From the NCBI GenBank assembly GCA_963920595.1, contig OY986947.1, positions 2,356,001 through 2,420,000 of the forward strand: a stretch of DNA of 64,000 nt, given 5' to 3'. This DNA is from Eimeria praecox. Taxonomy: Eukaryota. Of the stretch, positions 11,801 through 24,800 are shown piece by piece; within the stretch, counting starts at the first letter, position 1, and each line of letters begins with the position of its first letter. The position numbers and the translations under genes were made by a program. The notes under the pieces were generated by a model. That model made no database searches. It saw only the letters and a program-made list of their open reading frames with translations, and was not told the DNA's origin.

Positions 11801-12799
11801 GTTGCTGCTGGTCTTATCATTATACGATAACACAAAAGCAGTGGCAAAAAAACGACAACAACAGCGAATACACTAGAGGGGAAGACCGGCACCAGAGGGT
11901 GCCTGCTGTCCCTCCCTCGGCTTATAAGGGGGACGACGGGCCCGTCAGTTGAGCTGCGGGGACGCTCAAGGACACTGGACTGCAGGCACGTCTACAACAG
12001 AGAACAGTGGCATGCATGCAACTACAGAATAGTTAGGCACTGAAATGCATACAAGTATACTCGAGAAAGGGGTGCATGCAAAGAACAACAGTAAAAAAAC
12101 ACTCAGATGCATACCGCTGATGCATCCAAATTATATAGTTGTGGAGCTGTTGTGCGTCAGTGGGTTCATCAAGGCCATTGCTTCTGACTGCTGCGGGCTC
12201 TTTTTCTTTGGCTGCCTACCCGCAGAGCAAACCCTTTTTGATTGAACTTAATTTGCATGCTTATTGCCTGGGTTATGTTGTAAATCCAGTGAACAAATGC
12301 CCGAAGCAGTCGAAACGTTGCCTCCCTTCAGCACGCGGGTACGCGGGTCAGGACACACGTAGGGTGACTCCTTCAAACATTCATGCCCGCTTTGTTTATA
12401 AGCGCTGACCGCAGAACCCGTCAAAGCACTCTCCGCTATTGGTAATGTGGCAGTCCCTTCAGATTCCCACTGTGCTTGCACTTGCGTTTCTGCCCACGCT
12501 ATACTGAGGGCAGTGCGACTAGCTGCGTTGCGAACAACCGAACACGGTGAAGGCCCCAGACAGACAACAGGTCAAGCAGCAGCAGAACAAAGTGTAATTC
12601 CCCCATGGCTGGTGCGTAAGAAGGTGTGCTTGGGCTTTGCGATGCCCTCAAATTCCCCCTCAGACGTTAGTCACGTTCACTTGCGTTGCTGTGCCTCCAG
12701 AAGGCAGCTAACTGGGCGCCTCGCTAACTAGCTCAAATGTCCTTGGCGACTACCTTTCGTAAGATAACTAGTACCCCATAAGTTTAGTTCCTTTGGTCA

Positions 12800-12945
12800 G
12801 ACCGACTTTCGTCCTTGCTAGTAACTCTTATAATCAAGCCTTTTATCCCTTTATAGAGTAAATTTAAAATTTTTTAAATTAAAAAAGGCCTTTGTACACC
12901 TCCGTTGCTTTTTAGGAGGCCACAGCCCCGGTCAAACTACCTTTT
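12800..12945 (-). pseudogene. Organelle (probably apicoplast) LSU rRNA domain V fragment inserted in nuclear DNA
   Basis: The minus strand reads GGTAGTTTGACCGGGGCTGTGGCCTCCTAAAAAGCAACGGAGGTGTACAAAGG...CTTGA...GCAAGGACGAAAGTCGGTC. This matches the bacterial/plastid 23S P-loop region and forms an AT-rich island in roughly GC-balanced DNA. Confidence 0.75.
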
Positions 12946-14112
12946 CAAAATTTTCAAGGATTTGCTTCTAGTTGGCTTTGCCACATTAGCGCAGCTTTCC
13001 CAGTACCGGTACCAGTACCGGTGTGGGGAGCCTTTCTTAGGGCAACCGCCATGTTAATTGCTGCCCGATGCGTGCTTTGAAGGCTTCGAAGAGGACACAT
13101 TTATGGATCTGGTCGCATATCTGACTCTTGTACCGGTTCTTTGATAACAAGAACAAGCAGCCAGAAAGAAAGCGCACTGCCCATTCTTTATGCTGGCACG
13201 TCATGCACTCCGTAGGCCCACACCCACACGCCTTGATGCATTTCCCTCTGGTGTAACGGCTTTAGCAGGCAAGCTAGCATCTATGCAACGTGCAGCTGAC
13301 TGCGTTTGCCACAAAGTCAGTACATCAACTGATTCAGTAGTAAATTGTGCGGATCAACGAAGAATCATCGGCATCATCTAAGCGCTAGGCCATCTCTTAA
13401 CAACTACTTGCAAATGTGCACGAGGACAAAGCCTCACTTTCACGAGGGGTAAATTACGTTCTTTGCACGACATTTTGATCCATTTTGTTCCACTGCCTTT
13501 TGCATGTTGGCCACCACAAACATTTATGAAATTAACCAAGACAGGTTGTTGTTAACCAGCTATATTTTGCTATTCTACTTTTCTTATAACACCACGGTCA
13601 TTCAAAGCTCCTCGTGCTTCTGTAGAAGCACACAAGTGCAGCCACCGTAAATGGCCATTATTGCAACCGCAGCCTAGGCTGCAGCGGCTAAAGCACCTCG
13701 TGTTAGGAAGACCGGTGCGATCCTCCGGAAAATAACAGCGAGAGGTAATCATAGCTACCGGCGGTTCCCGCCGCCTTTTGGCTTCATGCGCACCTTTTTA
13801 AAGCAATGGGTACCGGCGATGCATTCTTTCACGATACTCTCTCCCGGCGCCGATGTTCCATTTTGGCCTGGGGTTGAATGAAGCATCGACCCGGGTTCAC
13901 TCGCCACATCTGCCTTCGTTGCCAGCGCCTGCCCCATTCATGCGCCTAAGAACGAGACATGCCCATAACTCCCCTCAGAACGGCACCCGCCAAGGCTGAC
14001 GAATCTCGTCTCCACACTCGGCTGAAGCATGAAAAGACTCAGCTGCAGCTCTTGCTGCCGCATTATTCCCTGGAGTTGCAGCTGCCGCTGGTCGCTCACC
14101 AAAGTGCATAGA

Positions 14113-16485
14113 TTAAACCGGTTGTTGGTTGGACGCCCCACTAAACAGTTTTGCAAGTTGTTCAAATCCTGCAGCAATCGTTGCAGGGCTTGGCTCATCA
14201 GGTTCTTTATTGGGCAGCAACGACACAGCGGGTGTGGGGAAGGGCTTTTCGGGCAGCCCCCATACCATGAAGTTGAGAGGCCTCCCGTAGATGTCTACAG
14301 GAGCACTCGCGCTCGGTGATTCTGAAGAGGAACGGGATTTTTCCTGTCTAAAAGGAGAGACAGGAAAAAACTGCCAGTCAGGTGCCTGCACCAGTGATGC
14401 CGATGAATCCAACCCGAATTTCCCTGCTTCTCGAAGAGCATTTGCATCTGCCCCTTCGATCTGCAACAACCAGGTTCCCGCCGCCGACGCATTAGGGGGA
14501 GAGTGGGTAGCAGTTGCATGCCAGTGGGGAAAGGGCCCAAACAGCTCCCCAGGATGGGGGGGCCTTGATGAGTCCGTGGAGCGTTCAAAGAGATCGGGCG
14601 CTGGGGCTGGTGCTGCTGGCGACGGCTGTGAGGATGGCAGGGCAGGCCATGCTCCATGCGCTACTCCAGATGCCCACGTTGCAGTAAAACCAGGATTTGG
14701 AGCAGACACTTGAGCAACAGCACCTGGCGTCCTTAAAGTGAGGGATTCAGGGGTGTAGGCAGCAGCAGAAGAAACGGCTGCCCTATAAGAACTGGCTGAC
14801 GGTCCCCATAAAGCCTCAGGAGGGGGAGGTCTCCCAAAAGGAGCAACGCCTGACCCCGTGGAGGCCCACGCGGCTTGTGACGAGCGAGTGCGATTCGAGG
14901 AGACAGCTGCAGGTTCGGGAACAGCGGGCACTGCAGAGGCAGGGAGGCGCCCTGCAGCAGCAGGCAGCGAGGCCTGTGAAAGTATTTTAGAAGCATCACT
15001 GACACACACTGCGTTGCTGTGGCTGGTGGCCTGTAAATTCGCTTGCTCCCCCTCACCAGCAGCACCAGCAGCAGTAGAAGCGCTGGGAGACGCGGCAACG
15101 GGAGAGGATCGCTTAGCGCCGGCCCCTTTCCAGGAACCGTTGCGGGGTAGATTCAGTAGCCTCAGCGTGTCGATAGCGCGGTTTGGGCTGTCTGAAGGCG
15201 ACATGCTGTCCCCTCGGCAGGGCGCCTTCGGGACAGAGGAGCGGATGGTTCTCTGTTGTGCGTCGATCTTCTCGAGGCAAACGTGTTCCCAGGGTTCGTC
15301 TCCAGATCCCAGCGGTGTGGCTTGTAGGGCTTCTAAGAGTTTCCGCTGGGTTTGGAGGGGCTTTCTGGTTATTGACTCGAAGTGTTTCTTTTTGACAATT
15401 CCGTAGTGAAGATCCCCTGCATGAATCTGTCTCAGCCAGTGGCTCAAAAGCGGATCGACAAGAACCTGCTCCCTGCGCCTGTGCGCAGTTACTTCGATAG
15501 CCCTAACAACTGCAGCCACTCTTGCATCTGTGGTAGCTTTAGGAGGCACTGCAGCTGCAGCAGTACCTTGAGCAGCTGCAGCAGCACCTTCGCCAGCTGC
15601 AGCAGCAGCATTTGCGCCATCACTTGCTTTCTTACAACTTTTCAAAAGATTCTTCAGCCAGAAGAGTCCGGCATTCAGCTGACTCAAGGCCACATCCTGC
15701 AGCTGCGCAAGGTTTTTGATCCTCAGTAGCCGCTGCCTCTTTGCAAGGGTAGATGCAGTAGGTTTGACTTCTGCAAGCCTACCCAAAAAGGTGTGGAGGC
15801 ATTTGATATGCCGCTGCCGCGAGATGGAAATGCTTTCTCTGCCTAAGCTTTCTCGAAGAGCCCATATTCGCCTGTGAATTGCATGTATTTCTCTTTGCAG
15901 GGTTACCCTTTCTCTTCCTTCTAACAAAGAAAACAAAGCAGAAAACTCCACCAAAGACAAACGCAAAAACGCCGCTATGCATTTGGCTCTCAGTTGGGGG
16001 TTCAGCTCCCGCACAAGGGGCTCGCTGGTATTTATAAGTCTCGTTAGTTCAACGGCATAACGGCAAGCCGCCTTGATCAGGTCTTCCTCAACAAGAGCTT
16101 CCTCCTCTTCCACCTTTTCTGCAACGGCATCAGCGGCAGCAGGGGAATGCCTCCAAGGCTCCGCGCAAGGCCCTCTGGGATCAGTATCTGCCTCCCCTTC
16201 TGCTCCTGCCAGATATCTCAGTGCATTTCTGCTCTTGCTCGCGTTTGCCAAATACAGAGTGCAACGGAGCACCATGTAGGTTGCTGCAACAGCAGCAACC
16301 GCTACGAGGGCCGCTACACCGACGCTGATCCCACAAGCCCCTCCATTCCTTCTCTTTCGGAGGTTTCTTGAAATAAGAGGCAGGACTGCCTCTCCCGATG
16401 CAGCCTCCGAAGCACTGTCGCTCGAGCTCAACAGCCGCAGCGATATCGGGAGAGAGCCTGGTTCAGCTGCAACTGCTGTCTGCAT
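14113..16485 (-). CDS. Same family, copy 3 (790 aa)
   Basis: MQTAVAAEP start; ATYMVLRCTLYL, RYLAGAE, TPLGSGDEPW, VDIYGRPLNFMVWGLPE, TIAAGFEQLAKLF. Confidence 0.85.
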   Translation of the reverse strand: MQTAVAAEPGSLPISLRLLSSSDSASEAASGEAVLPLISRNLRKRRNGGACGISVGVAALVAVAAVAATYMVLRCTLYLANASKSRNALRYLAGAEGEADTDPRGPCAEPWRHSPAAADAVAEKVEEEEALVEEDLIKAACRYAVELTRLINTSEPLVRELNPQLRAKCIAAFLRLSLVEFSALFSLLEGRERVTLQREIHAIHRRIWALRESLGRESISISRQRHIKCLHTFLGRLAEVKPTASTLAKRQRLLRIKNLAQLQDVALSQLNAGLFWLKNLLKSCKKASDGANAAAAAGEGAAAAAQGTAAAAVPPKATTDARVAAVVRAIEVTAHRRREQVLVDPLLSHWLRQIHAGDLHYGIVKKKHFESITRKPLQTQRKLLEALQATPLGSGDEPWEHVCLEKIDAQQRTIRSSVPKAPCRGDSMSPSDSPNRAIDTLRLLNLPRNGSWKGAGAKRSSPVAASPSASTAAGAAGEGEQANLQATSHSNAVCVSDASKILSQASLPAAAGRLPASAVPAVPEPAAVSSNRTRSSQAAWASTGSGVAPFGRPPPPEALWGPSASSYRAAVSSAAAYTPESLTLRTPGAVAQVSAPNPGFTATWASGVAHGAWPALPSSQPSPAAPAPAPDLFERSTDSSRPPHPGELFGPFPHWHATATHSPPNASAAGTWLLQIEGADANALREAGKFGLDSSASLVQAPDWQFFPVSPFRQEKSRSSSESPSASAPVDIYGRPLNFMVWGLPEKPFPTPAVSLLPNKEPDEPSPATIAAGFEQLAKLFSGASNQQPV

Positions 16486-19292
16486 GATGCCCTTTCAGTA
16501 TAAGACGAATAACACACGGGCAGTCTATTCAAATGTAAAATCTAACGAATGGGCGAGCAAGGCGAGAAACAGAATAGAGGAGAATAACTGCAGCGGAGGG
16601 GGCGTTCCTTGAGCATTCATAGCTTACTGCACGTGCATCGGACCGCCTCTGGAGACCAGGATTCTCCGCATTAACAGTAAATAATGAAGCCTAGTGAATC
16701 CTAAATTGCACTTGAAGAAGATGGAGAACTTGAATGCACAACATAAGCGGGAATACGGAGCAGATGACCTGCGGGCGCTGCTAGCCAGGCGTGCAACGTC
16801 GGGATCGTAGGGCAAAGGCAAGCCGAGGCCACAAAGTAGGTTTCAAAAAGATGTTCGTGGCCTACGTGAGGAACTATTTAAAAGACAAATCCGTGTAATT
16901 ACCTGCAGGAGGACTTCTTACGCATTCCTTCCGCCAGGGCCTCGGCGGCGAGGCTTGTCGGTTGTCTTCTGGCGTGTAGCTGCGATGAAGCAGCTGCTGC
17001 TCTTTTTGCACCTTATGCTGACCTTGGTACAATGAAATTGCTTTCCATCAGCTTGAATAGAATGTCTTCAAGGTTCAAAGAGAATAGATAGAGGCTTCTT
17101 GCTGTTAAAAGCCTTAGTTTTGCGGGGTGCAAACCCCCCCGTCGAAAACTGGCCACCTCGAGCAGCTGGGGCAAGCAAGGATTGTTGATTCTAGTGCAGC
17201 AAGAGCACTGTGACGCCATGAGTTTGTTCTTCTTTAGATTTAGCAGTGTGTGGTGCGCCAGATAATTGTGTGGGGTGAGGTTTGGGGGACAACTCTCGAG
17301 CTGGCTTTCCAGCGAGCAGCGAGGCGCTTGGTTGACCTCCCGCTCCCTTGTTTGACTACTTCATCTTCAGCGGCTTCGACACCTCTTGCGTCTTATCTGT
17401 GCGGTTCTCCATCTGACTGTTTACGCCTCACCTAAGCTTACATGTCTACCGCTGTCCCCAGCCGCAGCAGGCCTCCTTTGCCTCTTCCCCCATTCACCGT
17501 GCCTTCCTCACCCCGATGCTGCCTGCTAACCCTAAAGTTTTCTAGCACATGCAGCACTTCCTTCCACTTTCTGCCGAGCCGAGCCTTACTTACTAGAGCT
17601 GCAGTAGCGCAAACCGACTTACTATGACTAGCTGCCAGCTCGAGCCTCACACGGGAAGCAGTAACCCGTAACCGTAGCGCTAACTGCATCAACAATACAG
17701 TGAGCAGCAGCAAGACAACCGATTGCAGCAACAGCACAACAAGCACGTGAAATGGTATCGAATGGCTTTGGAGAGGCCTATGCGTGTTTCGGTGTGTTCT
17801 CACCTTTGTCAGTTGGAAGTTTGGGCTTGCTGTTCTACGCCTGTAAGGCATTCTCTCGTACGCTTCTGTCTACCGCTCTCGAGGTGGCTGCCCCTTTAGT
17901 ATAGAAGTGCCTTGTCTGGCTTCCAGCTCCGTACGGTTGGGCGGAACTCCTGTGACCTAGCTGTTTTCGTTCCGAGTTGCTCAGCAACGTTCCCCGCATC
18001 CTCTCGTGCAAGCCTTTTCTCCTGGTGCTCCTGCGGTTGCTGTTGCTGCTGCTCCCTGCTAATACTGCTGCTATTTCTGCGGGGGTTTCTGTTGTTCCTT
18101 CGGCAGCTACTATTGCCCTTCCTGTTGGCGCTGATGCTGGTTGACATAATTTATCTGGTTTGATTTCCCACCGCAGTGTCTGTCTGCTCTTGAGGAGCTG
18201 CTGATCTTTTCGCTCTGCCGCAGCAGCAGATGACGGTGCTGCATTATGCTGAGGGCTTATAAGCTGAAAAGCCAAATAGGCCCAAAAGGCAAAACAAGAC
18301 AGATAGGCAACTCTGGGAGGGAGGGAAGTACAAACGAGACCTGTTGCAGCGCGTAACGAGAGACGAACAGCGACGGAATTTGAGGCAAGGGCAAACAATC
18401 GAAAATCCCCAGCATCTTCTATGAAGGAGGTTTCTTTAAAGCTGAGAGATGAGGCAGCAACAAGGGACAGAGAAAGCTCAAGGGAGCACCGCCCTGTTCG
18501 CTGCAAGGCCAGCTGAGCTCGCCTGCTTTGCCCTGAAGCAATAAGCTGGCCCACCACACACTGTTGGATAACAGCTGGAACAATCACAATACGCCGTAGG
18601 ACTCTTCCCAGGGCAGCACGACGAAGGCTTGCTGCGGGTGCAGCACGAAGATTCCCTTAAGTGGGCCACAATGTGCTGCACCTCTTCACTCAGCACCACG
18701 AGTTTCCGTACGAAACGTTCTCTTATCTTGTTTTTAATTGCACGAATTCGCCGTAAACAAGCGAATAGTCGGTATTTCACAGCAGAAGAAGCAAATAGAG
18801 CAGCAACCGCCGCGCAACAGCTGCCGCATCGCCCAGGTGATCTCAAGTGCCGCGTGCAGTTTGTGTTGAGGTGGTTACACAAGGTTTTTGCTGAATGCTG
18901 TTCAAAGAGGCCAAGAAGATCTTTACGATGCCTCTTTTGCTGCATGCATGCCATTCATCTATGATAACAAGGCTGCGGCTTACCGCCGACGGAGCATCGC
19001 TTGTAGAACGCATTTCCCACGTTTGGGTTTAGAGAGGAATGCAAGGTTCTCCGGTGTCTTCCAAAGCAGTTTAGAACTGACTTAATTTCCTCTTCTATTA
19101 GAGACGAGGAGGAGCTTGTTTTTCATAAGCCATCTGTTGCACGTGGGAGGAGGGAAGAACGCCCGAGGAACCCCCGCCCCGTTGCTGCAGCGGTTCTCCT
19201 AGGCTCCAGTTGTGCCCCTGTGCTCTTCCCTACTCGATCCTCAGTTTGAATATCATGCTTTCCTGTTGTCTGGCATAAGAAAACTAGGAGTC

Positions 19293-21881
19293 ATGCAAAC
19301 CGAAGCGGCAGCAGAGCCGTGCTCTCGCCTGACATCGCTGCAGCTGCTGGCCTGGGAAGACGGTCCCCGGGAGGTCTCTCCTGGGGATGTAGTTTCTGTT
19401 AGTTCGAGAAGCCTGAGAAGGAGACGAAATAGGGGGCTTGGGGGACTCAGTGCCAGTTTGGCGTGCCTAACAGCAGTTGCTGCCCTTGCAGCAGTGTACC
19501 TACTTGTCCGCTGCGCTCTTTACTTAACGAACTCCAGGGAGGACCGAACGGCATTCAGAACCCTTGCAGGGGCAGAAGAGAGAACAAGCAATGGCCCGGG
19601 AGGGGTTTGCGGTGAGGTGGCGGAGGCTCCCCCTGCTGCATCTACTGCTGCTGAGGATGAGGAAGGTGAAGAACCTCTTGCTAAGCAACAGTTGTTGAGC
19701 CAGGCTCGCCATTACGCCGTTGAGCTGAAGATGGCTATAGAAAGAAGTAGATCAATGCTGCTACGGCTGAGCGCTGATCTGAGAGCTATGTGCATAGCAG
19801 AGCTTTTGTGCCTGTGCGTGACGGAGCTGTCTGCTTTGTTTTCGTTGTTGGAAAAGGGGCAAGGGGAGCAGATACAAGAAGATATGATTCAATTCTCCCC
19901 CAAAATATTGGCCCTCCGCCGCACCCTCAGGAAGAAAGACATTTCCAACACGCGGAACAGGCATATCAGATCTCTTCATGCGCTCTTCGATGAGGTCACA
20001 CGGGTCAGGGACACTGCAATTGATATGGCAGAGAGGGAGCGGCTGATGAAAATGAAACAGCTGGGGGAACTGCAGGATTTGGCGTTGAGTCAGCTCAAAT
20101 CAGGACTTCAATGGCTGAAAGTGGCTCTGGACAGCCCCGTGAAATCAGATGGTCGTACAAGTAAAGGTGATGCTGGAGCTCCCGTAGCCCCTAAAAGTGA
20201 GGCATATGCAAAAGCTTTTGCAGTTATTAAAGCCATCGAAGCAACTACGCACACACGGAGGGAACAAATTCTTCGCGACCCGACCTTCAGATACTTGCTG
20301 CTAGAGGTGCATAAGAAGGGCTGTCACTATGGCCTAGTAAGCGCTGATCGTTTCGCTAGTCTAACCAGCCAGCCTCCTCAGACCCACTTAGAAGCCGTAG
20401 AAGCCCTGAAGGCCACCCCGCTGGGGTTGGGGGAGGAGCCGTGGAAGCTTGAGAGGCTCAACGAGATAGACGCACAGCAGGCAACCGCCTCATCCTCTTC
20501 CCCCGATGCGCCGTTGCAAGGAGACGAAGACTCCCCCCCTAAGAGCCCAAGCCCTGATCGTAAGGATTTAGACATGCTAGCTGAAGACGAAAATGCTCAG
20601 CAAGGCCCCAAAACAGAGGCCGATGCTCAAGGCTCTGTCCTCGTTCCTGCCTCTCCCAGCATGCCTGCTACTGCTGCTTCTATCGCTGCTTCTGGGAGCA
20701 ACGAGAAGCACGCGAGTTTGCAGGCCACCGCTTCCCGCAAGGCGGCGTCACTTCGTGCTGCGCCTAATTCTCCTCCAGAGGTCGTGCCACCTTCTCCTGT
20801 AGGGCGTCTTGAAGCCTCTGCGGTGTCCGCTACACCCTATTCTGCTGCGCTCTCTTCAGTCCCTAGTAGCACTTCGCAAGCCGCATGGGCTAGCCATTCT
20901 TTCGAAGTGCCTTTCCACACTTCTCCGCCTCCTGAATCCCTACCGACTTCTCCGCCTCCTGAATCCCTACCGAGACCTCGGCCCAATTCCCTCAGAATAG
21001 GTTCTCCTGCGGCCTCTGCTTATGCTCGTGGAGTCTTCACTCTGCCCACACGAGGTGCTGCTGTTCAGGCTCCTGTTGCTTCCGCTGGTTCTGCTGGTTG
21101 GACGGCTCCAGCAGCACAATTTGGAGCCTGGCCTGCCTTTGCAGCGCCATACCCTTCAGCAGCAGCATCCGCCTCGCCACATGTTGACTTTTCTCGCGCT
21201 GTTTCTGCTGGTTGGGCGGCTCCAGCAGCACAATTTGGAGCCTGGCCTGCCTTTGCAGCGCCATACCCTTCAGCACCAGCATCCGCCTCGCCACAAGTTG
21301 ACTTTTCTCGCGCTGTTTCTGCTGGTTGGACGGCTCCAGCAGCACAATTTGGAGCCTGGCCTGCCTTTGCAGCGCCATACCCTTCAGCAGCAGCATCGGC
21401 CCTGCCACAAGCTGACTTTTCCCCCGCCGCAGACGTTTCAAGGCCCCCTCTTAGGGAGCCCTTCTCCTCGCATCAGCATGCAACTGTTAACAGGCCAGCC
21501 TACCCTGCCTTGGCCGCGGGGCCTAGGCCGCTGCAGATTGGAGGGGCAGGTGCAAGGACAGCCCTGTTGGAGTCTTGGAAGCCGCTGTTGCAGGCATCTG
21601 CCTCGCAGGCTTTGCTCGCCTCCTCGGGAAGGCCGGCGGAATTTCATTCATCTTCAGAAAGTGTAGTGCAGGAACTGTATGGAGCCACCTATCACTCGCC
21701 TCTCACGTTCGGCGCATGGGGTCTGCCCGGAGAAGTCCCTCACAGACCCTCTGATGGGTTCTTTCCCAGTCATGAACCCGATACACTAAGGCCTCCAAGT
21801 CCAGCTACGATTTCTGCAGGGTTTCATCAGCTTGAAAAACTGTTCAGTGGGAGACCCGACGGGGGCAGCAATGCACCCTAG
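19293..21881 (+). CDS. Same family, copy 4 (~862 aa from ATG 19293), with 3x38-aa internal repeat
   Basis: MQTEAAAEP start matches paralogs; AVYLLVRCALYL, RTLAGAE, TPLGLGEEPW, YHSPLTFGAWGLP, TISAGFHQLEKLF. Confidence 0.85.
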   Translation: MQTEAAAEPCSRLTSLQLLAWEDGPREVSPGDVVSVSSRSLRRRRNRGLGGLSASLACLTAVAALAAVYLLVRCALYLTNSREDRTAFRTLAGAEERTSNGPGGVCGEVAEAPPAASTAAEDEEGEEPLAKQQLLSQARHYAVELKMAIERSRSMLLRLSADLRAMCIAELLCLCVTELSALFSLLEKGQGEQIQEDMIQFSPKILALRRTLRKKDISNTRNRHIRSLHALFDEVTRVRDTAIDMAERERLMKMKQLGELQDLALSQLKSGLQWLKVALDSPVKSDGRTSKGDAGAPVAPKSEAYAKAFAVIKAIEATTHTRREQILRDPTFRYLLLEVHKKGCHYGLVSADRFASLTSQPPQTHLEAVEALKATPLGLGEEPWKLERLNEIDAQQATASSSSPDAPLQGDEDSPPKSPSPDRKDLDMLAEDENAQQGPKTEADAQGSVLVPASPSMPATAASIAASGSNEKHASLQATASRKAASLRAAPNSPPEVVPPSPVGRLEASAVSATPYSAALSSVPSSTSQAAWASHSFEVPFHTSPPPESLPTSPPPESLPRPRPNSLRIGSPAASAYARGVFTLPTRGAAVQAPVASAGSAGWTAPAAQFGAWPAFAAPYPSAAASASPHVDFSRAVSAGWAAPAAQFGAWPAFAAPYPSAPASASPQVDFSRAVSAGWTAPAAQFGAWPAFAAPYPSAAASALPQADFSPAADVSRPPLREPFSSHQHATVNRPAYPALAAGPRPLQIGGAGARTALLESWKPLLQASASQALLASSGRPAEFHSSSESVVQELYGATYHSPLTFGAWGLPGEVPHRPSDGFFPSHEPDTLRPPSPATISAGFHQLEKLFSGRPDGGSNAP
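21090..21425 (+). repeat. Intragenic tandem repeat, 3 x 114 bp (SAGWTAPAAQFGAWPAFAAPYPSAAASASPHVDFSRAV)
   Basis: Units start at 21090, 21204 and 21318. Confidence 0.95.
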
Positions 21882-24800
21882 ACTGCGGCCAGCGGCAGCA
21901 GCAGCTCCCGCAGCTCCTGGAGCAAGGCGGAGTCCACTCGTACTTTTGGCGAATATAGTGAAGACAGTCGTTAGGCTTCTAAGCCCCTCTCTGAGGAATT
22001 TCTGGCCCCTTTCCCCATGTAGGTGTATGCAGTAGAGCAAGGATTTGCATTGGACAGAGAACACGAAAGGGAGCCTACGCCGTGAGGTCTGTCATATTTG
22101 TGGTATGCTCATCTCCAAGCGGAAGAGAGGTCTCACTGGTGAGGAGGAAGAACCGTATAGGAGTGCATAAGGAGCCCCCACCAGGTGGACAGTATATACA
22201 GGAAGCTAGGAGGCAGTGGGAGCCGTCAACAGTTGTGAATAGGGCTGAGCGCAACTTTCCTGAGGATCGCACCGATCTTCTTAACGAGGGTAACGGTGGG
22301 GGCGCTTTGGACGTTGTAGCCTGCTGAGGATGCGATACTGGCCATCATTTGTGGCTGCCCCCATGCACCGCGACAACAGTATGAAGTGCTTTGAATTGTC
22401 TTGGTGTTAGAAAAGGTGCTAGATCAAGCTATAGTAGAGTAACCATCACTTTTGGAAGCTATATGCTCCGATGGGGATATGAAGTGCTTTGAATGCTTGC
22501 CGTGTTAAAAATATGCAAGCGGACCAAAATGCAGTACTGCAAGGAGGAAACACGCAGTCTTCCTTGCAAAAAAGCTTGGCTGTGCTCCTGTGTGCGTGCA
22601 AGCAGTTGTCAAGCTATAGCGAATCGCTTTGGGCAGGGCTAGAGAAACAAGTGCATTTCTGCCTTTCGATGCTCCCTGTGTCTGCTCCTTTCTGCGCCGC
22701 CAAATGCTTTAGGATCTGCTCCTCAGTCCCAGCGATGCAGGGAGCTATGAGGCTTTTGTTTGCATGATGCTTTGTAGTCATTGTAGTCACAGTTAGGAAA
22801 CTGCCAAGAAGTTCTCAAACTGAACTTTCCCCTGGGGACGCTGCAGGCAGACTGCCCCTATCGGAATCTTGTATTTAGGAAAGTGCAGCACACCCCAGTA
22901 GTCGTGCTGCTGCTCGTTTGGTTCTGAGTGCTTTGTTTGTTTGACACATAGCAGGGCCTGCATCCTGCAGGGCATGGAAAAGCCGATTGCTGACCCGCGC
23001 CACCTAGTAGAGAATCGATAGAGCCTATCGGCGCCATGAGAAAGTTACAGCACTGCCAGTTGCACGTTGCATCACAGACCCGATTAGTTGAAATCTTCGC
23101 GTGCATTTGCACCGGCGGGAAAGGATCATGCTCACAAAACGGGTCCCAAAGTCGGAAGTGGAGAGCAGAGCAGTTTCGTTCTGGCTGCTCGTTTCTGTCA
23201 GCAAGCATACACAGTTGACCAGATTAAACTCCATTGGTTTCTAGTCTTCCCGACTTGCAAAATAAGCCTGTGCTTCAAAATAAGCATCCGGAGGGGGGTA
23301 AAGCCTGCGCTTCATGGAAGAAATATATGCGCAGCTATACTTGATAAGCTGCGTTACCTTGACAAAACCAGATAGAATCGAGTCTAAGTCCTGTTCAGAA
23401 CGAAAGGCACGCCGATAGCCAGCCACCCAGAAGGAGGTCAGCAAAGCAACTGGAGGGGATGAATCGAACAAGCGGGAGATCTGAAGGCACATAAAAGCCA
23501 AAGCACATGCTGTAACGCGTGCGTCGTGATAATTTGGCTTTGTTCGAATCTTGCATTGCCTGCTCTCTGAGTATCACATGGGCATCTGTGGAGTCTTCAA
23601 ATATGCAGTCGGGGTCTCAGGGCTCAAGAAGTCGCACTCTCGTAAGCTCACCGTGGTCAGAAAGCCAAAGGGAACGCATTGGGGCCCCGAATGCACTGGC
23701 ATGCCGCAAACTGCTGGTCGTTGCTCAGCGGGATCTCTTCTTCAATAGCTTTCAAAGCAAACCGCGTTAAAAAAAGGATTGAAGGGACCGTTCAGGTTCG
23801 CTATTCCTTAAAGCAATGGGAGCACTTGAGCCAAGCTATACAAGCAGCACGTGAAGCAGACGCAGTTGAGACGTTTCTTACGTGAAGCAGACTAATTGAT
23901 GCATTCTCATATGGCCAGGATATAGCGAAACGTGCGCGGTAGCTGCTTCCAGTGTTGTTTCAGGCTCTCATTTACAGTTTGGAGGATATAAACAATGGAC
24001 TAGACACACAAATTAAAAGCAAAAGGAATATAGTTGCTCGTAACGGTGAGAATGAACCCATTGAAACGCCCCCTCTTTGTATTTGGCGTCTGTATGCGCC
24101 TAAGTTGGCTGACTGCTCATTCGTAAACTTCTATACACGAAAAAATCTGCCGCTTCGTCCCTGCGTCAATGGCAAAGCTGTATGAGAAATCTTCTTCCAA
24201 CTATGTCCGCGCCTGCTATTCCTCCAGTGTTGCCTGGATCAAATATACCAAAACTGCTGGCCTCAGGGGGCCGCCGCGAAGGCGTGCGTGCCCTCCCCCG
24301 TCGTTTTGTGCCTCGCCTTTGCGCGGTGTTATGAGTCTATCCCATCCTTTCTTCATGAGATACTGTTCCCAGTCCTCTTAGCAGAGGATGCAAGTGCTTT
24401 TTGGCAAAGTTGGCGGCAGCACACTTTCAGTTCTTTCTTGCACACAGGCCTCTGTAGTGTGTTTGAGAGACCACTTGCGCCCCTTGAACTGAGCAACGCA
24501 GGGTTAGATTATGTTGTGGCGAACTGATTCAGTGGAGGAATGGCGCACCATGGTACCTTGACCCGTTTTAGAATTGAACCCGCGCTTTACTGCCATGTTT
24601 TTGCCAGTGCTCGCCTCCTGCGTTCCATCAACGAAGCGTAGTCCTAGACACTGCGTTATGGGATAAGCAGGGAGGTTACACCTCTCCGCAGCTCCAGGTA
24701 GCAAATCCGCTTCGCAACCTGTACGAAGTACTGCTGCCAATTCTTGAGCACTAACAAGAGCTTAGAGAAGCACCGCAGATACTTGAAGTGGGCCTGCCGG

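Noticed and set aside
12800..12945. Functional rRNA gene
   Set aside because: Only ~150 bp, bacterial/organelle type, with no flanking rRNA sequence.
17438..18964. ORFs 17835..18587 and neighbours as a gene between divergent copies 3 and 4
   Set aside because: Mostly non-ATG starts, no recognisable motifs and no supportable splice model.
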